Below are positions 10,567-24,400 of a stretch of 64,000 bases of DNA, piece after piece. Origin of the DNA: Dimorphilus gyrociliatus (Eukaryota; Animalia; Annelida); contig CAJFCJ010000009.1 of NCBI GenBank assembly GCA_904063045.1, forward strand, positions 290,942 to 354,941. Direction: 5' to 3'. Positions within the stretch are counted from its first letter, which is position 1; each line of letters starts with the position of its first letter. The position numbers were made by a program, and so were the translations under genes. The notes under the pieces were generated by a model. That model had not been told where the DNA came from. It did not search any database and was given only the letters and a program-made list of their open reading frames with translations.

Positions 10567-13142
10567 ATCGCTTCAATACAACTGTACCGGATCGTATGAC
10601 ACCTCTAGCGTCTTGGACCAATGAATTATGCATGAATAACGCCGCCTATCTACATATGATTAGCGTTGATGCTCAAATACTCATTTGCAATGATCCTCGT
10701 TTCATTTCACCGTTTCCGATCGACAGTCATCGGCCTGGATTTGTCTTCTATGCATAGCGATTAATCAGTGATGGCTTTGGTTTGCATATGGAATATGTTT
10801 GACGAGTGTGGTTTCTTAAAAGAACCGTACAGTTTTTTTTTCAACCAAATCTCATTCTACTGTTTAAAAACTCGTCATTCGTAACAAATACATATCTTTC
10901 TCATAATCCTTCTCATCTCTTATACGAACAAGTATTGAGCATTTAGTGAATAGTAATTATATTAGTATTCTTCCTTTTTTTCTTTTACCTCTATAGTCCC
11001 CTTATTACCTTATGAAAACTATACTATTTATGATATAAGAATATTAAAAAAAACAATCGAAAACTTATATTTATTATGTTAATTTTTTAATTAATTTAAT
11101 TAAAAATTGCCTAGAAGTCTTTCAATCAGTAACCTCTCCTCTCAAGCCCTTAACGAAATTTATTTGGTACTAAGAAACTCATTTTTCGGACAAACTATTT
11201 CCTTTAAATAAAAGAGGGTTGTAATATCGCCAACTGTACCAAAATTGTCATGCAAATTATAAATAATAGGAACCATCATTAGAACAATGATTTGTAGTAA
11301 TAGACGATATTAATTTTGATTGTTTAATTAGCATAGATATACTGTATATCTAGAAAAAGGCAATTGTTTTATTTTATAACTGTATTATGTTAATTAGTCG
11401 TATTTCATAGAAGTTATCTTAAAAATTTTCCTAAATTATGCATGTAATTAAATATTGATACAGGAATTGTGATTAACGACTTATAATCAAACAGTTGAAA
11501 CTTTGTCATCATTAACTAGTAAAGATATATTAAATGGGAAAAAGTTGATATTTAGAGAGTAATTTCTATAAAATGTACAGTTTTCATATAAATATATATA
11601 ATTTATTTATTAATGGATAAAATTGTCAATTCTTGATTAAGTAGAGCTTTATAACAAAAAAGAAAGAAATTAACCTTTCGAATAACAATTGAAAGTCTAT
11701 TTTTGACCTTTTCTATATGATTTATACAAAAGGATAAAGATGTTAAAATGTAATCGTATACAATGTTAAGATATCATTTAATAGAGTGGAAGAGAATGTG
11801 TAGGCTTTTTATGAATCAGATATGAAAGTTTTGACATTATTGAAATTCCTATAGTTGTGAAAGATATTCAATCGATTATATGAAAATATAACGTTGGATT
11901 GAAAAAGCAGGGCGATTCAAAGGATCTAGTGGCCCAATTCGTCGATATAAGTTTTATATATATATATAAATGGAGCGACAAACCGATCTATTGAATAGGA
12001 AGTACTCTACAATCTTTTGACCTATTTAAAACTTGCAATAGAAAACGATTCATAAGCATTCTTCATGGTGAGTTTTCGTTGTCCGAGCGCACTTATTGCC
12101 TTCGTATATTGAAAGATCTTTTGGTAAGTGACGGATTAACTTGCTGCTCCTTGACCAAGATCACGGCGTCATCTTTAAAATCTTCAGCACACTTAGCTGA
12201 CAACATTCGCAAATGCGTGTGATGACACTTCAGTAAGTATGGTTACCACAAAGCCAAAACCACTTTGTATGGGACGCTGAGCGTCTGTTATTCCTACTGA
12301 TGTTCGGTTCCTTTTATCAGGGCTCGAACCTATACAGTAGTTATTGATTGAATATTCATTACCGGGTTAAAGGGAGATAAAGAATATGAATAAATGGAAA
12401 TTTGCATGATTGCAGGGATTTCTTTTTTCATATGCGACCTCTAATAGCATTATTAGAGAAGTTCTAGACTTCTTGAGTAAACTTAACAATAGTACGATTG
12501 AAAACCTGTGGAAAAATATACGTAATCCGCTAAGAAAAACCTGGTATTTAAGCCTATTTGAGAAAGCTGGCAAATAAAAGTGGCTAGCTTTAATTGATAG
12601 CTATAGCTGATATGCTCCACACCCTACAATATCCACAGCTATTAAATCGTCTAATTAATATTTTGTTTTTAACTGTTGCTTAGCTAAGCTGCCACTATTT
12701 CTTGTTTAGTTGCAAATTAACTCAAATCATTCACATAAAAAAGAGAATATTATAGATTAAATAGGCTAGAAAATTGACTAATTGCCACCTTAATGAATCA
12801 GACTATTTACAATCATTGAAAAGTCAAATCTTTTACTTAAAAAAAGTACCTTTTGCTCTTTTTATAACATCGATAAACAATAATTTTCTACTATTTGTCT
12901 ACAGTAAACGTAACCAGAATGCTTAGCTGATCGTGAATCGAATAGTTGTGAATTATTCAGCGTACTATTACTTTAAGAATTTATCTATTTGCTCTTAAAG
13001 TAAGAAACTGTATCCTATTCTTAACTTGTTATTAATTCTGTAATTTTTAATCTAATTGATTAAACACAATCCATTTTATTAGTTACATAAAACCTGCATA
13101 CTAGGAGATCGCGACGAAAGCGCCTCCTCGTGTTGTCAAGTG

Positions 13143-13158
13143 GTTGCGTCGTGGCAAC
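13143..13158. promoter_or_regulatory. RFX X-box-like element GTTGCGTCGTGGCAAC upstream of the SAXO-like gene
   Basis: GTTGC...GCAAC inverted halves ~35 nt before the ATG of a predicted ciliary gene. Confidence 0.35.
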
Positions 13159-13191
13159 TGAATAGGACAATAAGAAGTTGCAAGATTAAAC

Positions 13192-14772
13192 ATGGGGAAA
13201 TCGGGTAGAAGTAATGCTTCTAGAGCATCCAGTGGCTTTACAACCGTTGATGTTGAGTTGGAAACTTTAATGAGAGAATTTCCTGAATGGAGAAGTAAAT
13301 TTCCCGAAATTTGCGATCGGATTCAAAGTCCGCCTAGATTTCACAAGTCTAAAAAAGAAAATGCCTGTCAACCGTTTGAAAAGACCAACAAGAAACAGGG
13401 ACCGTTTCCGGAAACTCATTATCAAGAAGCTTATAGGAAGAAACAAAGTAGGGTTAGAAGCTCTAAACGACCTCCTCCTTCGCCAAGAGACCCAAATCCT
13501 CCACCTATGACCTTTGAAACATGGCAAAGAAGTGAGTTTTTCGAGAGAGAAAACAAAGGTAGAGTAGCTCCGATTAAAATTGAAGATTCGTACGAAGCCC
13601 CAAAGGCTCCTTTGGATAGTAATACAGAATATACTAAAGAATACACGGAAAAGAAAATAAAATTACCTGACATCCGTAAGAGTGCGCCTGCATCTATACC
13701 TCCAAAAAATAATGTTGTAATGAAGAAAGGAGGCAAATTCGATTCTACTACAACAACCAAAGAGCATTATAAACATTGGCCTCAGCAACCGCAAATGCTG
13801 TCTTTCGGTGAACTGCCATCATTTACGAACTCTGTTCTTTATTGGGATGACAAGAAATTACCTCAATCGACCACGCAAGAAACATTCCGTGGTGAGTTTG
13901 GTAAGAGACCTGAGATGGTGAAATTAGCTGGCGGAACCCTGAAGCCTGAAGGAGAGATGGAACTAACAACAACATCGAAAACAACATTTAAAGGTGAAGA
14001 GGGTAAGAGAGCTGAAATGATTGACCCAAAAATGCAAAGCTTCTCCATAGTTGCGCCAAAGAACAAGGGTAAATTCAATGATCAAACCCAATTTAAGCGC
14101 GATTTTGGGAAGACAACGGGACCACAGCCACTCCCTCCTCGACCCGTTACTCCTCCTCCTTCGACGATTGACTTAAAATATAATAATAGGAGATCATTCG
14201 AAACCGAGCAGCGTAGGGAATTTAAAGGAATAGACGTTGTCGATCATCCCATGATGAAGAGTTGTAAGAAGGAGTCGGATGAATACGAAACACCTAAAGT
14301 AAAATTTGAGACCAAGACAAATCAAAAGTTAGATTATCAACCCCTTGATGTAGCCAAAGCTTACCAACCCCCTCCGAAGCCACCTCAAACCAAATATGTT
14401 GATACAAAGCCTCCACTAGATTGTACAACTATGTTCCAGGAGCACTTTAAACCCTATAACGTTTCCCCAAGACCCCGTTTTGGCGATTTCCACGAGAAAA
14501 ATTCGTATTTACCGCCAACAGCTTCTCTGCAAACATCTACGACAACCGGTGAGACATTCATCGAAAAGAAACCTGAAACCATTATGAATTACAAACCAGA
14601 AGACAAACCAATAGCTTTAATAGGAGAACATGATTTTAACACAACTCATAGACTAACTTACGTAACGCCAAAGAAGAGAATATTAAAAAAAGACGCCAAA
14701 AAGCTATTGGCAGAACTACGAAAACTGAAAATCGAAAAAGCTAATATTGGCCTAGTACCGCAAAGATGCTAA
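13192..14772 (+). CDS. SAXO/FAM154-like microtubule inner protein with repeated Mn-type motifs; intronless
   Basis: 526 aa ORF with periodic T-T-x-(K/R)-x-x-(F/Y) motifs (STTTKEHYKHW, TTSKTTFKG, TQFKRDFG, TTMFQEHFKPY, NTTHRLTY). Confidence 0.7.
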   Translation: MGKSGRSNASRASSGFTTVDVELETLMREFPEWRSKFPEICDRIQSPPRFHKSKKENACQPFEKTNKKQGPFPETHYQEAYRKKQSRVRSSKRPPPSPRDPNPPPMTFETWQRSEFFERENKGRVAPIKIEDSYEAPKAPLDSNTEYTKEYTEKKIKLPDIRKSAPASIPPKNNVVMKKGGKFDSTTTTKEHYKHWPQQPQMLSFGELPSFTNSVLYWDDKKLPQSTTQETFRGEFGKRPEMVKLAGGTLKPEGEMELTTTSKTTFKGEEGKRAEMIDPKMQSFSIVAPKNKGKFNDQTQFKRDFGKTTGPQPLPPRPVTPPPSTIDLKYNNRRSFETEQRREFKGIDVVDHPMMKSCKKESDEYETPKVKFETKTNQKLDYQPLDVAKAYQPPPKPPQTKYVDTKPPLDCTTMFQEHFKPYNVSPRPRFGDFHEKNSYLPPTASLQTSTTTGETFIEKKPETIMNYKPEDKPIALIGEHDFNTTHRLTYVTPKKRILKKDAKKLLAELRKLKIEKANIGLVPQRC

Positions 14773-16977
14773 AACGATTTTAAAGTTTCAAGATAACTAA
14801 GTCTTGGATTGTCAATTTATTTTCAGTATTTTTTCCCCGTTTTCTTTCTCTTTCTGTCAGTAATTTTTCTTTTTAAAAAGATTATGTCTCCAATACAAAA
14901 CAATAAAACAAAAGAACGGATCGAAAAGAGAAGGAAGAGAGAGTAATTAAAACATTGTTAGTAATACATACTTGGAAGATGCGTATCTATTGAAATATAT
15001 TTATAGTAAAAACAGTATATAATAATAATAAAATAACTATAAACAATAGTATTATTGGAATATCTTTACGTTTAAAAATAGAAAAACAAGAAGAGGAAGA
15101 GTAAGAATAATATAATATAATAGGCCTTGAAAACAACTCGGAAGCTTGAATATCTTGATTCAAATATAAATATTCTTTTAGTCTTCCGAATCGATAAACC
15201 GTAGAAAGATGAAGGTAGATTTCCAAAAAGAACAATTACTCTTGTTTATCTAGCTGATGTATAACTTTATATAAAAGTTTGGTTGTAGGTGTATTGAATT
15301 ACACGTAGAAGGATTTGTCTAATGTATTAATTGCCACAGGCCTTTACCACTAATCTATATGAAGACAAAGACAGCTTCTATTCACTGATACACTTTCCAC
15401 TCAACTTTTCAAGTATGCTTAGAAGGTAAACTTAACTATATCAGTGTATATGCCCGTCTCTCTTCAGTTCTCTTTGATTATTTTATATTGTATAGGGTAA
15501 TCGAATAACCAAGTGTCTTATTAGTAGATACTTATAGGTTACTCTTAAAGGTGCGATTTATATGTGAACTATTGGAATTTATTTCTCAAATATTATATTT
15601 ATTTCCATTAGTTTCCTGCTTTTGTTATTGGTATTGCTATAGAAAAGTATGATAGCAAATGATTCATTCTATCATCTATTAGATATTTCGAAATAGCTAT
15701 TAACAGTTTTAAATTGTAGAATTTTACTTGAAAGATAATTGACTATTTATTAAAACAAAGATATCTTAAGTTTTCTAAGAGAGAGAGAGATCATTGTTAA
15801 TAGTTGGTTGAACGTAGTGTAGATGGCGCCTCGACGCTAAACGGATATATTACTCCTTATTTTGTTTCTCAGTACCAGTAAAAGTATATTTTCTAAGCCT
15901 AATGCTTGAAAAAAAGACTCAACTGTTTGTTTCATATTGAAAAGAAATTTTCGAAAATAGGTCACTAGTATGTACAGGTTATGCATAGATTAAGAGTAAA
16001 TGATGAAATATGGATAGCATATTTCAAACAGTAGCATGAACATCAAGTAATAATTAGTTAAATTATAAAGTAATAGAATTTTTCAATTTCCTAACCTAAA
16101 TGAAAGCTAAGAGGCTTCTAAATTGGCTTTTTTTGTACGTCTATCATATCACATAATTTGAATTGATTGTTTCAAACTATATTCGTTTTTTTGTTAATAT
16201 GTTATAAAGGGAGAATATTCCCCTTTTTCTTTTATATTCCCTTTCCTCATTTTTCATATACTCATACTTTTTTCTTTAACAAATAGAACAAATATATATT
16301 TCAATATCATTTTCGTCATCCTTGAATAGAAAGATCCATACATATTCTAGAAAAAAAATGACCTCAGCAAAGCTTACCCTCTCTTCGTAAAACATCTTTT
16401 CATATACCTCTTTTTTCATTAATTGTTAAGGAATATACAGCCCTATTATACAAACAGTATATTTTCTTTATTTATGAAGATAGACGAATGTAACAACGAA
16501 ATTCACAACCAAATAAGAAAATTATAAATGAGGTAAGATTCGTGCAGTTTTTTATTTTGCTTTTCGTTTCATTTTAATATTAAATAATGATTTTTCATTT
16601 TTTTGAACATTTCAAAAGGTTATTGACCTTTTAAAGGAAATTTATACTATAGATAACGTATAAACATATATAGGTTTTCTGTATTCAGTCTTTCTAATAG
16701 TTAATTTAATACTTTCCCTCTTTAATCTATTTAATATTTATAATACCCCATACCTAGGCCATATTAATTGTATGCTTGTCTTACAAACTTCTTAACAATC
16801 CTCCTCCCACTCGCCAACTTGTTACCGGTTGCCTTTGGTAAAGGGGAATTAATTTGCTCAATTGAACATTGTAATTCTCTCTAGCTTTTATTATTTTGTC
16901 GGTATAGAAGAGGAGATTAATGCTATAAATATGTTTTGAATCGGTAGATAAAATACTTGTAAAAACTATACTCATAT

Positions 16978-16979
<2 letters not shown>

Positions 16980-17009
<30 letters not shown>
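16980..17009. repeat. (AT)n microsatellite
   Basis: About 15 AT units. Confidence 0.95.
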
Positions 17010-17012
<3 letters not shown>

Positions 17013-17656
17013 ATAATACATTTATTCTGAAAAGGATAACAAAAGAAGTATAAAAAAAATAACGATGAATCAGTTCATATTCATGAAAATATTGTTTACT
17101 TTATTTGGCTGTTTTAACAATTTGAAATGATATTACTAATAATTCATAAAGTTTTATTTAAATTGAATGAAAGCAATCATATGTTGATATGATTCGTGAG
17201 CGTGACAACCGTCTCTTGAGCGTTGAAAATTTTATAGGGTATTAAGCCTATATTTATTAAGACTGAAAAGTAAGCGATTATGAAACAGTCTATTGGATGT
17301 TTTAATTATTGAAAGTTAAAATAAGGAGAATATATATTTCTTTCCTTTATAAAGAATTAAGGTAAGGAATAAAGGAATAGGACTTTCATTTTTACAATTG
17401 ATCGGAAATGGTCGAATTCGATCAGTTTTAATACAAAAGGATTCGTATAAAACAAAAAACATCGTCAAGGAAAACAATTGAATGGTGAGCCTAGATCCGC
17501 AAAAGGATTATTCATTGATCGAATAACCAATTAGGACAAGCATTTCTATTGTTGCCAGTTCTGCGCCATTGTTCGGTCTAACATGAAATCGGTCGCATAA
17601 ATGGACGATTACCGCTAGTTGTAATTGTGAAAAAGGATTGACGCCTATTAACGAGA

Positions 17657-18528
17657 ATGCCGAGCAAGAAGCGGAAAAAGAAAAAGAAGGCGACAAAGAA
17701 AAATAGCACTAGTCTTCAGCCGAGTAAGGGAAATGAAGACGAAGACGAAGAAGAGGTAGAAAATATTGTCGATCCTAATCAATTGAAGTTTATATATTCG
17801 AAATGCGTTAAAAAAGTTATTCAATCTATGGAGGAGAAGAAAAATGCGGAGAGCGTTGAATTGGAACTGCCTCTAGTCTGTTCATACTCAGGATTTCATA
17901 TTGAATTATCACCTTTTCCCGAGATTTTCGCTCACGTGAAACATGGGAAGAACAGTAAGTTCAATGAAGTTTTACCACAAAAGAGTACAGAATCTCTCCC
18001 ACCGATTACAATTGCCGAGAAGCAAATGCTTGAAAGAAAGCCTCTCTTACGAACTGATACATCTTACAGTAATTCAACTGCATTAAGCCCTAGTCGTCGA
18101 CCTAAGAAAGCAACAGTAAATTTCATAGAGGACAGAATTAATCCTAAGCGAACGGTTACTCTTCCGCCCATATTTGCATTAACAAGAACGCAAACAACTG
18201 GTACTATGAACCTATCGTAGAACCCAACCAATTTTTTTACTTCATATATATAGTAAAGCATACATTGTTTTGTATACTTTACATTTACGTTTATACTGCA
18301 TAAGTTGACATTTGAAAATTGTGTGTGTGTGTGTGTTAACATACGAATGGTGCAGATTTATCGATAAAAAAACGTATTTCACTTGATTTATCAAAAAATA
18401 TTTGTTCTTTAAACAACTGCAAAAGAGATTCGCAACAAGAACCCCATCTGTCGGAAACTGAAATTCTAGAGTGCGAGAGTGCAGAGAAAATCGATGAGGG
18501 CGTCAGTTCTTTTGATGGTTTGAAGTGA
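17657..18528 (+). CDS. Uncharacterised protein; 187 aa ORF (17657-18220), possibly with a second exon 18356-18528
   Basis: Long ORF with a basic N-terminus and an acidic patch. A putative intron 18201-18355 (GTACTA...TTAAC...GCAG) joins phase 1 to an open frame DLSIKKRISLDL...FDGLK*. Confidence 0.55.
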
Positions 18529-19566
18529 GCAGTTAGGTAGGATGTTGCAACGCAACATATACAATGAACATCGTTAACTGGCAACAATTAAGTATAGTTC
18601 GATATTGTTTAGAATCTATAAGCAGTTACGATACCTAACTATCTGTGTTAAATAATAAATTTGATGCCTACAAACTGCACATAAGTGGAAGCTACGAAAA
18701 GAAATATGCATGTTCCGGACAGTTGGAAAAGGTAAACAATAATAAAAAAAAAGCAGCATTTGATGTATTTATTTTAATACAGTATTTTCACTTATGTTAA
18801 TAGAAAGTTATATATGTACAGAGACAGAATGACTATTGTACAGTGTATCTACTGTATATATATATGTGTATATACATATACTGTATATACACAGTATATA
18901 GCTTCTGTATACATATATATATTAAATATTAAATATTAAGTATATACTGTTGATATAGCACATGATATTCTGTATCTTATTGGTGCATATTTTTTCTATA
19001 TTTAGAGATGCACAAAAATGTACTTGTAAAAACATAAAAAATTACTATAAGCCTATGAATTAGATCGTTATGCTTCGTAAGGTGATAAATGGAAGGACGT
19101 ATTGTTTTCAGTACGAAAATATACAAATTGGATGACAGTGGGCAGACGTATTGAAAGGCTTTAATAAAGGCCTAGACTGTAATTATGCCGCTAAAGGAAA
19201 TTTTCAAATATTGATTTATTAATCGAACGATTTATATTACCACTATACAACATGTTCCTTTCTTAAATCCTTCCATTTCACTACCAACTCGATCTAGTCT
19301 TTTTTCATGTACAGTATGAACGAAGCAGACAAATTAAAGAGGTTTGATGTCATTATTTATAACACTTAAAACGTTTAACAATTAGCTAACATGTTTAATT
19401 GTGTATATGATCGATGAAGGAATATAGGTTAGCCTATACAAATACGGTTAATCGGAAATGAATGGCAGCATTTTTTATTTTTCAATGTATAATAAGAGTA
19501 GTGTTATAATTTACAATCTATCTAGCTAACTGCAGCTTGTAAAATCTATCGATTATTTTTACAGCA

Positions 19567-20384
19567 ATGACACAAGCAGTAATTCTCCAAGGATATAAAA
19601 GTAGCATTAATAAAAATCATGTTCTAAGAAAATCTTTTAAATCAAATAGGTACATGAATCCTCGGGCAAAACCTGGGGAACCTTATCAAGCAACTTTTCC
19701 TGAGAGTGTTGCCAACGTTATTACTCACGCCGTAAGTATCAAATTCTTATTGTTCTACATAAGCTGTTATTTAATAATAATATTTTATTATAGATATTTA
19801 TTGTACCAGCGTTTGTTGGCTTTTTATGGATGCTCTATATTTCCAGTGATTTTAATACTCGCATTGTTGCTTGGATTTACGGCAGCTCTCTCGTTATAGT
19901 ATTCACAACTTCTACAGTCTTCCATGCAATAACATTATCAAAAGATTTATCAAGAAGAAAGAGTCTAAAAACTTTTTTCCATGTAGGAGACAGAGCCGTT
20001 ATTTACCTCTTTATAGCATCTTCTTACACACCGTGGTTAATTCTAAAGGAAGACGTGCAAAAAGCTGCAACACCGGTCCTTTACACCGTGTGGATTTCTG
20101 CTATTATAGGGATACTCTATCAATATACATTTCATGAACAGTATAAATTTTTAGAAACATTACTCTACGTTATGGTTGGCTTATTACCCTCCCTTCCCCT
20201 AATTTTTGTCCTTGAAGATTCAAGTGGCTTGTGGGAGATGTTCATAGGTGGCGTAGTATACATTGCTGGTATAGTATTTTTTAAAAGTGACGGGAGAATA
20301 CCATTCGCTCACGCCATCTGGCACTGTTTCGTCTTTGTCGCAGCGGCCATGCACTACGGAGCAGTTTGCAAGTATTTGTTCTAG
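19567..20384 (+). CDS. MMD: Monocyte-to-macrophage differentiation factor (PAQR10/11, hemolysin-III family)
   Basis: ESVANVITHA | IFIVPA, FTTSTVFH, DRAVIYLFIASSYTPWL, FFKSDGRIPFAHAIWHCFV; intron 19732-19793. Confidence 0.93.
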
Positions 20385-21172
20385 TTAAAAGGAAGAAAAA
20401 AAAACAAAAATACTCCAGAAATTATCTTCTATTCATTCAACAAATTGTTAATATAACTATTAGAAATATATGCTTACTAGGAATATAAAAAAGGAGATTG
20501 GTTCGTGGCTATACAGGTCACATATACATAATGTTAATTCATTAGGTATTTCTTTTTGTTTTTTTAAACCTGCAGGTACAATTCGATTTTGAAACAATTT
20601 TCTGTATTTAAATGTCTACCTGTATTCATTATCGAGATGAGTTAAATTGTTGTTCTTTTTAACAGATACACAGGATATATAAATAAAAAAATTGATTTTT
20701 CAACTGTGTTTTTCAGTTATTTTCAATCGATCAATCAATCTATCTATCCATCTCTTTTCTCTCTCTATTATGTTTATTTTTTCATATATTTTGTTTTGAA
20801 AGCAAATGAGCATTTAGGAGATTAATTGATAAAAATGGTTGCTTTCTATTATTTCAGTATCGGTAAAATCCACTGATTATTATTTTTACTATTCAAAGTT
20901 TGCTCAAATCGAAATATTTATTGTATTAATTATGTGAGCTGGATTAACAATAAATCCCTTATAATCTTGAACTAGACAAAGACTTTAAAGAAAGTTTAGC
21001 AGATCAATTAATTTTTTAAAGAAACTATATAAATATATTCTTTAGAGATTATTAAACCAATGCTTCCTTCACACTTACAAAGATATATTTAAATGGTAGG
21101 AAAGAGGGTGCAAGCTCTTCCAAAACTGACTCTTGAACGAAATCAGTTCCGACTACTGTTGTCCCGCGTCAT

Positions 21173-21186
21173 TTTTCCATAGCAAC
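21173..21186. promoter_or_regulatory. RFX X-box-like TTTTCCATAGCAAC, followed by TACGTCACGTG
   Basis: Near-consensus X-box ~285 nt upstream of the predicted ATG at 21470. Confidence 0.4.
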
Positions 21187-21469
21187 TACGTCACGTGATC
21201 ATAATGGACATCTTTGATGTTTCTGAACAATACGACAACTGAATATTTTAAACGAAGCTCGAAATTTTTGACTCAAGTTACTAGTTAATTAAGTCGATAA
21301 AAATATTTAATTTTTGGATAACATCGTCTACCTCTCTAAAATTTCTTGTAATTATACTTTTATTCTCTTTATAGAACGTTCTTTCTCTTCCAAATCGGAA
21401 ATCTGTTTAAACTTCCGATTCAGATGAATATACAATTACTTTAATGTTGTCAGTAATTTAGATGAAACA

Positions 21470-24400
21470 ATGACTAACTACGTCGGAAGTATAACGATAT
21501 TAGACCGTGGAGACGGTGCTGCTCAAGCAGTCCTTGATAGGAACGCAAGATCTCTCGCTAAACGTATTGCGGATGAAACTAGAGATGAACTACATCAAGT
21601 ACTCAATAGAGTTGACAAGGTAAAAAGTTAAATTTTACCTTATAGACAATTAATTTTTAATCTTGTTGAAAAAGATTTATGGAAATTTCGAGCTAGGAGA
21701 GCAGCTAATTACTGCTAGTCAACCAACAAATACAGAATACTTAAATGATGTAGTAAGTGCACAATATAACAGAAATTTACGACCATAAATACAATAAAGT
21801 GGCCATTAACATTTAAATAAATTTTATAGTCCGAGCTGGAAGAGTTACTGAAAGATCAAGTGAAAAAGAAAAAGGTTAATCTCCTGAGTGAAAACTCAAC
21901 TATTAACTAACATCTTCCTTTTCCATATAGTATCAGCAGCAAATCACTATATTTATAGTTGGTTATGAGAATGTATGCGGCCAAAAGTTACGTCTACTGC
22001 AACAAGTTAACGATGTAATAAAACCGCAATTTGTTTCGTTTAATTTAAATTTATTGTGTTCTTATTTCTTACGATACCATCTTAGTTTTTCATGGAAAAT
22101 GCTCACCATATAGACGACGATGATCAGGCGGCCATCTCATCACCCGATCTTGAAATGGACGACGTTGCCGAAGCAATTGATGAATCACTGCAAAAGGCAA
22201 AAGAATTGGCTCAAAGATTAGCCGAATTAAATAAGGAAATGGTTGAACATATGTATCAATACGCCCAGGCCAAAGCCAGTAATAAGTAAGTTTTTAATTA
22301 ATATTTATATTAACCACTACAAACTTAATGATAAACAATAAACTCACTTTAACAAACTCCCTCCTATCCTATAATTAGTCCAGCACAATTACAAATGTGG
22401 CAAGAAGCCAGGTAACATTGTCGTAAGATTGAAAAAAATATTATGAAATTGATGTTAAACTCTTTTAAATCTTGTATTATATAAAACTATAAACGTATAT
22501 ATGTCACGTGTCTTTCCTATCCAAAAAAAGAGAAGAAAAGATGATTGATTAAATTAATTTGAATACTTTTCTTAGGGGAAAGAAAAGCTTGGAGAAAAAA
22601 TTGGAAAAGACTAAAGATGATCTAGCCGCTCTAAGTGAGAAATTACAACAAGCTATGAACGGTTAGTTTTATGATCAGTTTACTTTGAACAAAAACATAT
22701 TATTTTTTTATTGTTTAATCCATAGAAATTGAAACTAAAGAAGACAAAATTCAACAGTTGTACAAACAAGTTGAATTAAAAAATATGGAAGCTCAACGTT
22801 TTAAAGCCGCTGCTGAAGTTGGAAAGGTTTGTTTATTTGTAGAAGGGAAATGTTATATATTTAGTATATATAAACATGTGCATTTAAATTAAATTAAACA
22901 TAGAAAAATACTTCGGAGAATGAAGGGCTCAGAGATGAAATTGAAAGGAAAAATCAATTAATCAAAGATATGAAACTTCAGGTTTTATTTTATCAAAATT
23001 TATTATTGAAAAATACTTGTTTTCCTAAAAAATCTATCTCTTTTTAGCTAGGGAAAATGGAGGTGGATTACGGAGAGCAAAAGATTCAAAAGGAGCAAAA
23101 TCAACAACGACTGGCAGCTGCTAGTGATGAAAGTCAAGTAAGGGTTATAAAACATTTACCATACTGTATTACGTTGGAAAACTAATCCTTTTATCCCTGT
23201 TTTATAGAGAAAATTGGAACAACTCCAAAATGCTTTAAATGATAACCAAATGTACGAGCACCAAGCAAAATTAGGTAAAAAGATGATAGATAATTTATAC
23301 AATACCGATGTTTATTCAATTTGAATATAACGGTTGATTAATTAATCAATTAATACTGAAAATTTAAATTCTACTAACTCTATGGATAATAGAGAGAAAA
23401 GAAACATAAAACGTAGGGAATGAAAATAGAAATTGATAGGTTAAATACTAGATTTTTACCACTCAAAGAGAGATTTAGCTTCTGAAAAATGTTATGTTTC
23501 AATTTGCAAAACACAGTTGAGATTCCATTTTCACTTGGATTCTGAAGATAGATTATTTTCTTAAGATAAAAGATCCCATTAATCTATGGGATGTAAGGAG
23601 CATCAATTAGGCCTATTGAGTTTTCTGCTGTTATTTTATCACTTTACATAACAGAATGAAAATTAATATTAAATATATATTTGTTAATTATATTACTAAA
23701 CTTAACAGAATCGTTGGAAAAGAGAAATGAGGGTTTGTGCCTTTAATCACATAAAAAAAACAACGAATTTAGAAGTATAACGAAGGGGAGGGGATTATAA
23801 TGATAAATTTCCATATTTTTCAAATCAATAAGGAAATATTATTGGTTCAAACGGAAATTAACACCTTCGTTATACTGAAAAAAAAGCACCGTTTTTAATT
23901 TATTAACGAATTTAAAACGATTTTTTGTTTTATTATTTTGGTTTATACATATATTTTTTTATTTATTTAGATATATAAGCATATTTTGTAAACTGATGTG
24001 TTTTAAATGTTTAGTTTATGAATATTCATATAATTTTATTTGCATAATTAATTAAATAGATTATTATATTTGTTATTTTTATTATTTTGAGTATTAGACA
24101 TTCTAATATTATAAATATCTATGTTTTTCTTTTAATTTGACGCTTTATTTTGTCCTCTTCCCCCTTTATACTATCCTATATCTATTTTGACAATAGATAT
24201 TTTCTCGTATATTACTCCTTTCTATAAGAAAATTTGTCATTTGTACTTAAAACAGAATTAATGAATTTGCATAACAAACAAGTTGAAGTGATAAAAACTG
24301 ATCATAAGAAGGAAATTGAAGAATTAAGAAGGCAGCATATAGAAGAAGTTAAAAAACTTTTGGTAAGTGTTGAATTTAAACACTCTACTTTATCTTTATT

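Noticed and set aside
9219-14078. Antisense ORFs over SLC28 and the SAXO-like gene (and similar ones over CHS, ZZZ3 and the FAS-like gene)
   Set aside because: Shadow frames of real coding sequence with no independent features
18830-18925. TATACTG/CAGTATA hairpins (similar ones near 11335, 24940 and 40285)
   Set aside because: Low-complexity AT-rich palindromes with no shared terminal repeats or target-site duplications to support a MITE
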